Positions 1-5,498 of a stretch of DNA of 5,922 nucleotides are shown here, in pieces. Origin of the DNA: a virus. Position 1 is the stretch's first letter. Every line of letters begins with the position of its first letter. The notes below the pieces were generated by a model, which was not told the DNA's origin, ran no database searches, and saw only the letters and a list, made by a program, of their open reading frames with translations. Where the stretch lies: the IMG/VR virus record IMGVR_UViG_3300045988_009961; one strand, given 5' to 3'. Position numbers and translations under genes: made by a program.

Positions 1-95
1 CTTTTTTTCCGTTGGTACACTGGATATAGCCTTTTCTCCAAATTTCCTCTTTGTGCTCCTGATAGTAGGAATCGCCAAGTCCCGGTTTCAGGCTC
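1..95. repeat. Terminal redundancy copy 1 (identical to 5828-5922), a signature of linearising a circular genome or assembly
   Basis: I compared the two copies base by base and found 95/95 identity. Both copies lie inside the rep reading frame, and the frame is preserved across the junction. Confidence 0.97.
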
Positions 96-721
96 ATGCA
101 TGCAAATGGTTTCTGTTGGCCTAGTTCGTAATATACGTTTGCTTTCTGGCCGTCAATTTCGTACATCTTTTTTGTAACGTACCCTGCAACGTATCTATAT
201 GTTTCGGGTGTTGCTTGCGCTATCTGGATTTGACCCATGCCCCATAGATTGCACATCCATTTGCTCGTATAATATCCGTTGTGCCTTATTTTATAGATTT
301 GCTCTAGGTCTGTTGGTTGCCAACCGTATAAAATCATATGATAGTGCGGTCTTGCTGTTTGTTCTCCGTACTCTCCGGCACAGAAATAGCGTAGTTGCCC
401 CCCATAAGCCTTTCTGAGACGTTTTAAGAACTTTTGCATATCTGGATATAGCAGTGTTTGCACGCTTTCTGGTGCCTTTTCTCCCGGCTTCCAGACGTAT
501 TGAACCTTACGCATTATTTCACCGGTTTTAACTATCATTCCCGGTACATGATCATCATCATAAGTTAGTGTGATGAACCATACTTGTTCTTTCGGCCATG
601 CTCTGGCCTCTAATTCTATGCGTGTTGTCCAGTCCTCCCTCTGTCGGATTCTGCATCCGATGCACTTTCCGCATGGTATCAACATTACTTTTGGGTTATA
701 CATCAAATCTTCATACTTCAT
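1..721 (-). CDS. VP4: Replication initiation protein VP4 (HUH/rolling-circle Rep, phiX174 gene A family), 5' part covering codons 1-240. It continues across the circular junction into 5827..5631.
   Basis: Hand translation from the ATG at 721-719 gives MKYEDLMYNPKVMLIPCGKCIGCRIRQREDW...VWFITLTYDDDH...EYGEQTARPHYHMILYG...TPETYRYVAGYVTKKMY... with no stop down to base 1. It shows the Cys-rich CGKCxxCR block, motif 1 (FITLTY), the HUH motif (HYH) and the twin-tyrosine motif Y-V-A-G-Y-V-T-K, which resembles phiX A protein YVAKYVNK. The ORF track omits it because it runs off the window edge. The SD is weak (GGGAAACAG before the ATG). Confidence 0.93.
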   Translation of the reverse strand, partial: MKYEDLMYNPKVMLIPCGKCIGCRIRQREDWTTRIELEARAWPKEQVWFITLTYDDDHVPGMIVKTGEIMRKVQYVWKPGEKAPESVQTLLYPDMQKFLKRLRKAYGGQLRYFCAGEYGEQTARPHYHMILYGWQPTDLEQIYKIRHNGYYTSKWMCNLWGMGQIQIAQATPETYRYVAGYVTKKMYEIDGQKANVYYELGQQKPFACMSLKPGLGDSYYQEHKEEIWRKGYIQCTNGKK

Positions 722-743
722 CTGTTTCCCGGCTAACTCAGAA

Positions 744-773
744 AAGCGGGCAAGTGTTAGTACCCGCCCGCTT
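744..773 (-). terminator. Candidate intrinsic terminator/attenuator between VP2 and VP4
   Basis: The minus strand reads AAGCGGGC-(14 nt)-GCCCGCTT followed by TTCTGAG. This is an 8-bp GC-rich stem (744-751 pairs with 766-773). It lies 50 nt after the VP2 stop and about 20 nt before the rep ATG. The U-tract is short. Confidence 0.45.
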
Positions 774-822
774 ATTTCTCTGTTTTCCGGGTTGTACAGC
801 CTTATAAGTGGCTTGTAACAAC

Positions 823-1719
823 TCATCTTAAATAATCTCCTGGCTTTCTCTTTTCGCCATAATCTCCCGTTTTGTTTTGTGGCTTTGTGTATCCTTGGTT
901 TTGTGGCTTTGTGAATTCTTGCTTTCTGTCCATTTTTGGTTCTGGTACGGTTTTTTCAACTTTCTGCATTGCGTTATACGTTTTCAGAAGGTCTTTTACC
1001 AGTGATTCCGGGTTGCTGTGGCTCATGCTCATTTGTGATCCAATTGCATCTGCCAGCTGGTACCACTGTGAATGACTTTCCGACCGGTTGTAATAGCTCG
1101 TTGGCACGTTGCCGCTCAATGCTGATACTCCCAGCGCACTTGATGACGGCATGCCCATGCTTGCACCTGTGATGGTCGCTCCAGCTCCGCCCGGTGTGCT
1201 CGCTCCTCCGTTTGCGTATGCCAAAATAGGATTTAACCCTGCTTTTCGCATATCTTCTACGGCTCTTTGGTATGCCGTGCTGCTCATTCGCTCTTGAAAG
1301 TTGCGGTTTGCTAATGCTTCTGCGCTGTTGTAGCTCATGGCTGCGTTTTGTTCGATATGGTTATAAATTCCCTGCTGGATTGCTCCAAGTGTGTTATAAC
1401 CCATCTGCATTAACATGTTTTGGCGGTTTGTTTTGCTTTGAAATTCGTTTTGTCCGGCCTGCCATTTGTAGAAGTCTCCAAGATATTTCATGATTTGTTC
1501 ATCGTTGGTTCCTCCTTCGCTGTAGGAATCACTTGTCCCCCCGCCTTCACTATGGCTCTGATTGCTTCCATAACCTTTGCTGTCTGAAATCTGCCCGTAC
1601 AGGCTTGTTAATCCCTTTCCAAGCAGGCTTGCGCCTGCTGTGATTATTTGCGGATTGCTTGCCAGCCAGCCGCCTACCTTTGCCGCGCCTGTTGCAAGTG
1701 CTGCTCCTAATCCTGCCAT
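823..1719 (-). CDS. VP2: Minor capsid / DNA pilot protein VP2 (298 aa)
   Basis: The ORF sits directly after the capsid gene. It has a Gly/Ala-rich N-terminus (MAGLGAALATGAAKVGG...) and the block SSTAYQRAVEDMRKAGLNPILAY, which I recognise as the conserved core of gokushovirus-type VP2 proteins. The C-terminus is low-complexity with a KPQNxGYTKPQN repeat. Confidence 0.85.
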   Translation of the reverse strand: MAGLGAALATGAAKVGGWLASNPQIITAGASLLGKGLTSLYGQISDSKGYGSNQSHSEGGGTSDSYSEGGTNDEQIMKYLGDFYKWQAGQNEFQSKTNRQNMLMQMGYNTLGAIQQGIYNHIEQNAAMSYNSAEALANRNFQERMSSTAYQRAVEDMRKAGLNPILAYANGGASTPGGAGATITGASMGMPSSSALGVSALSGNVPTSYYNRSESHSQWYQLADAIGSQMSMSHSNPESLVKDLLKTYNAMQKVEKTVPEPKMDRKQEFTKPQNQGYTKPQNKTGDYGEKRKPGDYLR

Positions 1720-1727
1720 TTTAAAAT

Positions 1728-1747
1728 AGCCCGGATTTCTCCGGGCT
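1728..1747 (-). terminator. Hairpin between VP1 and VP2, a candidate attenuator and/or SD-bridging structure
   Basis: The minus strand reads AGCCCGGA-GAAA-TCCGGGCT, an 8-bp stem with a GNRA tetraloop, followed by ATTTTAAAATG, whose last three bases are the VP2 start codon. A GGAGG motif (1753-1749) lies immediately 5' of the stem. Confidence 0.5.
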
Positions 1748-1757
1748 TCCTCCTTTC

Positions 1758-3443
1758 TTACAGCTTATACAGGCCCGGCACGCTGTACAGCGGCATCCGT
1801 CGTGTGGTCTTGTTCGCCACTCGCACGGCTCCGAAGAACTGCGGTTCGTCCTGCACGATGAGTGTTCTTGCGATCTCTGCTTTTCCTTCTGCCATCCATT
1901 CCTGACTGAGTGTCGGAACAGTGTCGTAGTTGTCGGCATAATGCCAGAAATCTAACGTTCCGGTTGCGTTGCTTCTCATAAGGCCGGACACCCGGTTCGG
2001 TTTCATGCGGTAGTCGGCCCATGCTTCCTGATAACCGAAGGTTTCTTCATCGGTCGCGTTACCAGTCAACATGATTTCTTTCTTCTTTACCGGCTGCTCC
2101 CCCAGATTTGCGAACTGCGGCACATAATAGTCCAGCCTGTCGCGTCGGCTCCAGAAGCGTTCAAGGCCCTGCTGATAGCTGCGATTGTGTCTCACACATG
2201 CAACGCCAATGACAAAGCCGTGCTCTTCAAAGCTCTTGGTAAACGAACTTTCGTTGATAGGCGTTACAGACACCGCACCAGTTTCACCGATAGGCGTATC
2301 GGTTGCCGTTTGCTGGCCGCTTGTCTGGATAATTTGGTTAATGTTGACCATGTATCGGCCTCCGCCCAGATATTCCGGCACCTGTACTGTTTTGTCACTG
2401 ATGGTCACATCCCACAGTGCGCGTACCTGTTCGCGGTACCGGCTGCCGCCTCTGGCCAGCGCCTCATAGTATTGCTGCACGGCTACGGCCTGCCGTAGGT
2501 CGTTGATTGTTGCTGCTGTTACGCTGCTCAGGTCTGCCGTCATTCTATCGCCTACTTTTGCGCCGCTGCTGGTATATCCCAAAACTGCACGCGCTTTTTC
2601 ATCTGTATTATTGTAGTTTTGGGTCATCATTTGACTTGATGTGCGGCGTAGGTATCCGTTTTCAGCTGTCCATGTTCCGTTGTTTTTTAGGTCCTGAATT
2701 GTTAATGGGTTGTCTTTTGCGTCTGCCCAGTAAATCGGCGCGTTTCCGCTCATTGGCAGCGTAATTTCCGGCCCGCGGCTTGGGTAGGGCAAACAGGATG
2801 TGAAGTAGTCGTGGAATTTGTTTACCGGTAGCAGATTTCCGCCCAACACAGCGTTTTTTAGGTCGTCTTCCAGTGTTTCGCTTTTTTCTGCCACAAAGTT
2901 GTATGTCACGTCTGCATCGTCGCTCTTCAGAACTGCTGCGTTGTCTACGTTTTCGTCTCTAAAAAACTCGTTCCAGATTTTGACATATGCCCGGATAGGT
3001 AAGGCATTGACGCTGAATGGTCTTTTAATCTTCGTAGGTACACCCATATAGTCCAGAATGCTTTTTTCATCCGGCCCGGGTTTTGATGTTGATGCATTGA
3101 TTTTGATTTGCGGAACTGCGTATTCCTTGGTAGGCATCCATGGCGTTTCCTCAACTTCGCCCATAAAGTGTTTGAAGTTGTCCCACAGAATTCTGTTCGG
3201 TGCATAGAAGTAATATAGGTCGATGTATGAGTTATCCATTACCGGATATTTCGGTGTCGTCATGCGGATAATTGCCGTTGTGTCTACCTGGAATGTGTCT
3301 CCCGGCAGTACTTCATCCACGAAGAACGGAATCAGTTTACCGGAATCAAATGTGGTTAGGATAGTCTGGTCACGATTGAATCGCGTTCGGCTTGCGTGCA
3401 TTTCCGGAATCTGAAGGAAATGTCTTTCATTATTTCTGTTCAT
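1758..3443 (-). CDS. VP1: Major capsid protein VP1 (561 aa, Microviridae F-protein family)
   Basis: This is the longest ORF. Its N-terminal block ...RTRFNRDQTILTTFDSGKLIPFFVDEVLPGDTFQVD...YPVMDNSYIDLYYFYAPNRILWDNF... is the hallmark of Microviridae capsid proteins. A strong SD, GGAGG (3454-3450), lies 6 nt before the ATG at 3443. Confidence 0.97.
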   Translation of the reverse strand: MNRNNERHFLQIPEMHASRTRFNRDQTILTTFDSGKLIPFFVDEVLPGDTFQVDTTAIIRMTTPKYPVMDNSYIDLYYFYAPNRILWDNFKHFMGEVEETPWMPTKEYAVPQIKINASTSKPGPDEKSILDYMGVPTKIKRPFSVNALPIRAYVKIWNEFFRDENVDNAAVLKSDDADVTYNFVAEKSETLEDDLKNAVLGGNLLPVNKFHDYFTSCLPYPSRGPEITLPMSGNAPIYWADAKDNPLTIQDLKNNGTWTAENGYLRRTSSQMMTQNYNNTDEKARAVLGYTSSGAKVGDRMTADLSSVTAATINDLRQAVAVQQYYEALARGGSRYREQVRALWDVTISDKTVQVPEYLGGGRYMVNINQIIQTSGQQTATDTPIGETGAVSVTPINESSFTKSFEEHGFVIGVACVRHNRSYQQGLERFWSRRDRLDYYVPQFANLGEQPVKKKEIMLTGNATDEETFGYQEAWADYRMKPNRVSGLMRSNATGTLDFWHYADNYDTVPTLSQEWMAEGKAEIARTLIVQDEPQFFGAVRVANKTTRRMPLYSVPGLYKL

Positions 3444-3840
3444 TTGCTTCCTCCTTCTGCTTCTTTTCCGGCGCGTTTTCCTGTGCTTTCTTCAGTTCTT
3501 CCAGCTTCATGGCGTTTACCTGTGCTGTTGCTATCATCTGGTGATACTCGTGCACGGTTTGCGGCCATTCGGTAACGTCCGTGATAGGCGTTTCTTCCTT
3601 GGATAGTGCTCCCTGTGACAGACTTGCCATAAAGGCTGGGTCGAAACTTGCTTTCCTGACGATGTTTTTGATGTCGCATTCGTCTGCATAGCTTTCAATT
3701 TCGGCCTGCACGTCGATGCTTTCAGTTTCCTGCAAGTACTCCTTGCCGTCCTTGTCTTTTGCCCAAACGTATTGTTTTCGCTCGTTTTTGCCCGGTTCGG
3801 AAAAGAGGGGCTTTCGCCCCTCCTCATATCGTTTATTCAT
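3430..3840 (-). CDS. VP3: Internal scaffolding protein VP3-like (136 aa from the ATG at 3840; the track's longer version starts at 3867)
   Basis: It lies directly upstream of VP1 and overlaps it by 14 nt. It is acidic with a lysine/glutamate-rich tail, and the motif ESYADECDIKNIVRK resembles the conserved ECDIN block of gokushovirus scaffold proteins. The ATG at 3840 has a GGGAGGG SD about 9 nt upstream and overlaps the stop of the preceding ORF (cATGAATAA). The ATG at 3867 has no SD. Confidence 0.7.
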   Translation of the reverse strand: MNKRYEEGRKPLFSEPGKNERKQYVWAKDKDGKEYLQETESIDVQAEIESYADECDIKNIVRKASFDPAFMASLSQGALSKEETPITDVTEWPQTVHEYHQMIATAQVNAMKLEELKKAQENAPEKKQKEEANEQK

Positions 3841-4072
3841 GTGGCTTGCCCTCCCATGCTTTATCATTCATGTTCTGGAACTGGCCGGTTTCATCTTCAA
3901 ACATTGCCAGTTTGTAGCCCACGTAATCGGCCGGGGATTGTCCGATGAACGTTTTTTCGTCTTTTGCCATTACGTTGCACATCCTCGCAAACGTTTCGTT
4001 GTTTTTGCTTTCGCCTACCCATGCGTAGCACTTCGCCACTTTATCGTAGATACCATAGTAACAGTGAATCAT
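3833..4072 (-). CDS. Small non-structural protein (79 aa), resembling the gokushovirus ORF5/VP5-type protein
   Basis: AAAGGA lies 7 nt upstream of the ATG at 4072. The pattern GIYDKVAKCY...NNETFARMC...PADYVGYKLAMFEDETGQF matches my memory of the conserved YD-K...A-R-F...P-DY-L-xxG-FD-xTG-F layout of VP5-like proteins. I did not verify this by search. Confidence 0.6.
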   Translation of the reverse strand: MIHCYYGIYDKVAKCYAWVGESKNNETFARMCNVMAKDEKTFIGQSPADYVGYKLAMFEDETGQFQNMNDKAWEGKPHE

Positions 4073-4087
4073 TGTTTTGTCCTTTCT

Positions 4088-4189
4088 TTACAGCCGAATT
4101 CCGCCGCGCATCGGTTTCTGGCTCAGGTTGATACTCTTCGTTTTTCGCGCGGTTATGTTGAACATGCGTTTATCCTTTCGCGCGTTCAT
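4088..4189 (-). CDS. Small basic DNA-binding/packaging peptide, J/VP8-like (33 aa, MNARKDKRMFNITARKTKSINLSQKPMRGGIRL)
   Basis: I found this by hand; it is too short for the ORF track. It has 9 Arg/Lys in 33 residues. The C-terminal PMRGGIRL matches the conserved C-terminus I recall for small basic proteins of gokushovirus-like phages. The ATG at 4189 lies 4 nt after the stop of the upstream ORF. An alternative internal start at 4165 has an AAAGGA SD 7 nt upstream and would give 25 aa. Confidence 0.65.
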   Translation of the reverse strand: MNARKDKRMFNITARKTKSINLSQKPMRGGIRL

Positions 4190-4193
4190 CTTC

Positions 4194-4421
4194 TTACGAT
4201 GTGCCATTGTAAATTCCCCTTCTTATAAGTTCTAGTTCGATTGCATCTGCAAAGCTCTTCAAGTGCCAGATTTCGTCTAGCATCTTCTTTGCGGTTTCTA
4301 TGTCCGCTATCTTGCGCAAGAGCTTATATTGCGCGTCTATCTCTTTGTATTTCTTTTCGAGAATGTTTCTTAGTTCATCTTCGGTCTGGTCCCTTATGTT
4401 CCAGCTTTTGTGTAAGGCCAT
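4194..4421 (-). CDS. Hypothetical protein (75 aa), predicted helical/coiled-coil, function unknown
   Basis: A strong AAGGAG SD lies 8 nt upstream of the ATG at 4421. The ORF is in the operon orientation and fills the gap between neighbouring genes. I recognise no motif. Confidence 0.6.
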   Translation of the reverse strand: MALHKSWNIRDQTEDELRNILEKKYKEIDAQYKLLRKIADIETAKKMLDEIWHLKSFADAIELELIRRGIYNGTS

Positions 4422-4426
4422 GTCTG

Positions 4427-4543
4427 TTACTCCTTTTCGTTCGCCGCGTCTTTAAGCGCGTGGTAGATCTCATCGAGCTTCTCAAGAATGTCCATCATGA
4501 TCTTAACGGCCTGCTTGACGTCCTTAATGCTGATAAGTGCCAT
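4427..4543 (-). CDS. Hypothetical small protein (38 aa, MALISIKDVKQAVKIMMDILEKLDEIYHALKDAANEKE)
   Basis: I found this by hand; it is not in the track. An AAAGGGGGT SD lies 7-8 nt upstream of the ATG at 4543. It starts 3 nt after the peptidase stop, and its own stop (4429-4427) lies 5 nt upstream of the next ATG. It looks like an amphipathic helix with no TM segment. Confidence 0.45.
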   Translation of the reverse strand: MALISIKDVKQAVKIMMDILEKLDEIYHALKDAANEKE

Positions 4544-4546
4544 GGT

Positions 4547-4930
4547 TTATACCCCCTTTCTATATTTGCTTTCGCGCATGTCAATGTGTACGAAATTAGT
4601 GTACCGGATGACCCCGCCTTTGTCAAGTATGCTGTCCGCATATTTTGCGACTTCTTTTGTGCTGTGGTTTTTTACTACGATATCAGCCGCCATTCCTTTG
4701 CAGTGATATGAGTTCCCCGCGCCGTTTACTTTTGCGTTGTGGCTTGGCGTTCTGTAGCCGCTGTTAATCGTACAAGGTGCATTGAAATGATTTCTAATCT
4801 TCTCCAGTGCTTCAAGTAGCTCTGTGCATAGGAGTAGTTCAAAACTTCCGTCTTTACATGCAAATTCTTTTGCTTCAAAGTGTTCACTTACCTTTCCGAA
4901 GTCTCTGTTGATGAAGTTAACGTGCTTCAT
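4547..4930 (-). CDS. Zinc peptidoglycan peptidase, Peptidase_M15 (M15A / VanY-like, LAS fold), 127 aa
   Basis: The sequence HFEAKEFACKDGS...LLEALEKIRNHFNAPCTINSGYRTPSHNAKVNGAGNSYHCKGMAADIVV...NFVHIDMR carries the SGYR, SxHxxGxAxD and C-terminal H-x-D zinc-ligand layout of M15 peptidases. An AAGGAG SD lies 8 nt before the ATG at 4930. The track's 202-aa version (start 5155) adds a low-complexity basic extension, which is the off-frame read of the upstream ORF. Confidence 0.9.
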   Translation of the reverse strand: MKHVNFINRDFGKVSEHFEAKEFACKDGSFELLLCTELLEALEKIRNHFNAPCTINSGYRTPSHNAKVNGAGNSYHCKGMAADIVVKNHSTKEVAKYADSILDKGGVIRYTNFVHIDMRESKYRKGV

Positions 4931-4935
4931 GGTGT

Positions 4936-5118
4936 TCACTCCTTTTCGGTAAAGTACATTTGCACTTCCTCGACTTTGCATAATGAGTAGATGCCTTTGT
5001 GTTCGTTTGCGTATCTTTTTGCTCTTTGTTTTGCGTCTTTGGGTTCTGCGTTTATTCTTAGTACTGTTTCTACTCTTTCGTTGGCTTTTAATGCTCTCAG
5101 TTCGTATCTGTGCTTCAT
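4936..5118 (-). CDS. Hypothetical protein (60 aa, MKHRYELRALKANERVETVLRINAEPKDAKQRAKRYANEHKGIYSLCKVEEVQMYFTEKE), first gene after the promoter
   Basis: AAAGGAAGGTG lies 6 nt upstream of the ATG at 5118. The track start at 5127 is a GTG sitting inside that SD. The TGA stop lies within the peptidase SD region. I recognise no motif. Confidence 0.55.
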   Translation of the reverse strand: MKHRYELRALKANERVETVLRINAEPKDAKQRAKRYANEHKGIYSLCKVEEVQMYFTEKE

Positions 5119-5145
5119 TTTTAGCACCTTCCTTTCTGTGATTAT

Positions 5146-5174
5146 ATTCTATCATATTTTTAGGTTTTTGTTAA
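5146..5174 (-). promoter_or_regulatory. Sigma70/SigA-type promoter for the main operon
   Basis: The minus strand reads TTAACA (5174-5169), a 17-nt spacer, then TGaTAGAAT (extended -10, 5154-5146). It is preceded by an A/T tract (TTTTTTAAAAAAA, UP-element-like, 5176-5190) and lies about 28 nt upstream of the first ATG at 5118. Confidence 0.6.
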
Positions 5175-5212
5175 GCTTTTTTTAAAAAATTTAGAAAACT
5201 TTTCCTAGGATA

Positions 5213-5290
5213 GGAGCGCCGTTTAACTCCCCGCCGTGGCGGCTCATTTTGATTTGACCGGCAAAGCCGGTTAGACTATTGGTGCGCTCC
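5213..5290. other. GC-rich multi-hairpin element in the intergenic region
   Basis: The closing stem GGAGCGC (5213-5219) pairs with GCGCTCC (5284-5290). It encloses hairpins CCGC-CGTG-GCGG (5231-5242) and ACCGGC-AAA-GCCGGT (5257-5271). Alternative pairings are possible, and I did not compute a fold. Confidence 0.35.
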
Positions 5291-5342
5291 GTCAGACGTT
5301 GCCGTCACCGCTTACCCTGTTTTATTGGCCGTTCTTTCAACA

Positions 5343-5424
5343 CTTTCCACATAGTTTTCAACTTTTCCACATTGTTAAATTTTATCACAACAGAGTGTTT
5401 CAACAATTCAACAAGTTATCCACA
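5343..5424 (+). promoter_or_regulatory. Dispersed DnaA-box-like sites interleaved with TTCAACA repeats
   Basis: The sites are CTTTCCACA 5343-5351 (7/9 to TTATCCACA), TTTTCCACA 5363-5371 (8/9, fits TTWTNCACA) and TTATCCACA 5416-5424 (9/9), all in the same orientation. (T)TTCAACA occurs at 5335, 5356, 5398, 5407 and 5429. Confidence 0.5.
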
Positions 5425-5471
5425 ATTCTTTCAACACTTCAAAAGTGCATTTTTTATTGATGCTTTGTCGT

Positions 5472-5498
5472 TTTTCCATGTTTTCCACGTTTTCCACG
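5472..5498 (+). repeat. Three head-to-tail 9-nt repeats, TTTTCCATG / TTTTCCACG / TTTTCCACG (DnaA-box-like, 6-7/9)
   Basis: Read directly from the sequence. They have the same orientation as the boxes at 5343-5424. Confidence 0.85.

Noticed and set aside
1-95. The 95-nt direct terminal repeat considered as a biological DTR/LTR or transposon end
   Set aside because: It lies inside the rep ORF and preserves its frame across the junction. It is best explained as circular-genome overlap from assembly or linearisation.
791-822. Imperfect palindrome GTTGTACAGCC-TTATAA-GTGGCTTGTAACAAC around the VP2 stop, considered as a possible operator or rep promoter (TTACAA-16-TACAAC)
   Set aside because: The arms need two bulges to pair, and the -10 candidate TACAAC is poor. 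I cannot distinguish it from chance without comparative data.
3231-3239. DnaA-box-like TTATCCATT inside the capsid gene
   Set aside because: It matches only 7/9 of the consensus, is isolated, and lies in coding sequence. This is expected by chance at that stringency.
1721-3827. Alternative-frame minus-strand ORFs nested in VP1 and VP3 (1721-1939, 1765-2022, 2945-3205, 3440-3679, 3534-3827), considered as possible overprinted genes like phiX E, K or B
   Set aside because: None has an SD, and none has a hydrophobic segment that would suggest an E-like lysis protein. Their compositions are Arg/Ser/Thr-rich, as expected for off-frame reads. I cannot exclude overprinting without comparative data.
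4931-5155. N-terminal extension of the 202-aa ORF, very basic (KSQRKSRNSTKNKRRTQRRKTKSKKIRKRTQRH)
   Set aside because: It is the off-frame reading of the 60-aa ORF (4936-5118), which has its own strong SD. The peptidase domain starts at an internal ATG (4930) with a perfect AAGGAG SD. The start at 5155 would lie upstream of the -10 element of the predicted promoter (5151-5146), outside the predicted transcript.
5213-5290. tRNA-like appearance (78 nt with a 7-bp closing stem)
   Set aside because: Neither strand gives D, anticodon and T arms at the correct spacing. There is no GTTCRANNC T-loop and no U8/A14-type conserved positions.
5196-5380. XerCD/dif-like half-sites considered as an integration site: TTTCCTAGGA at 5201-5210 (resembling the B. 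subtilis dif left arm), GGTGCGC at 5281-5287 (E. coli dif XerC-arm start) and TGTTAAAT at 5373-5380 (XerD-arm end)
   Set aside because: The half-sites are tens of bp apart instead of separated by a 6-bp core. No full 28-bp dif-like site can be assembled, and each match is short enough to be chance.
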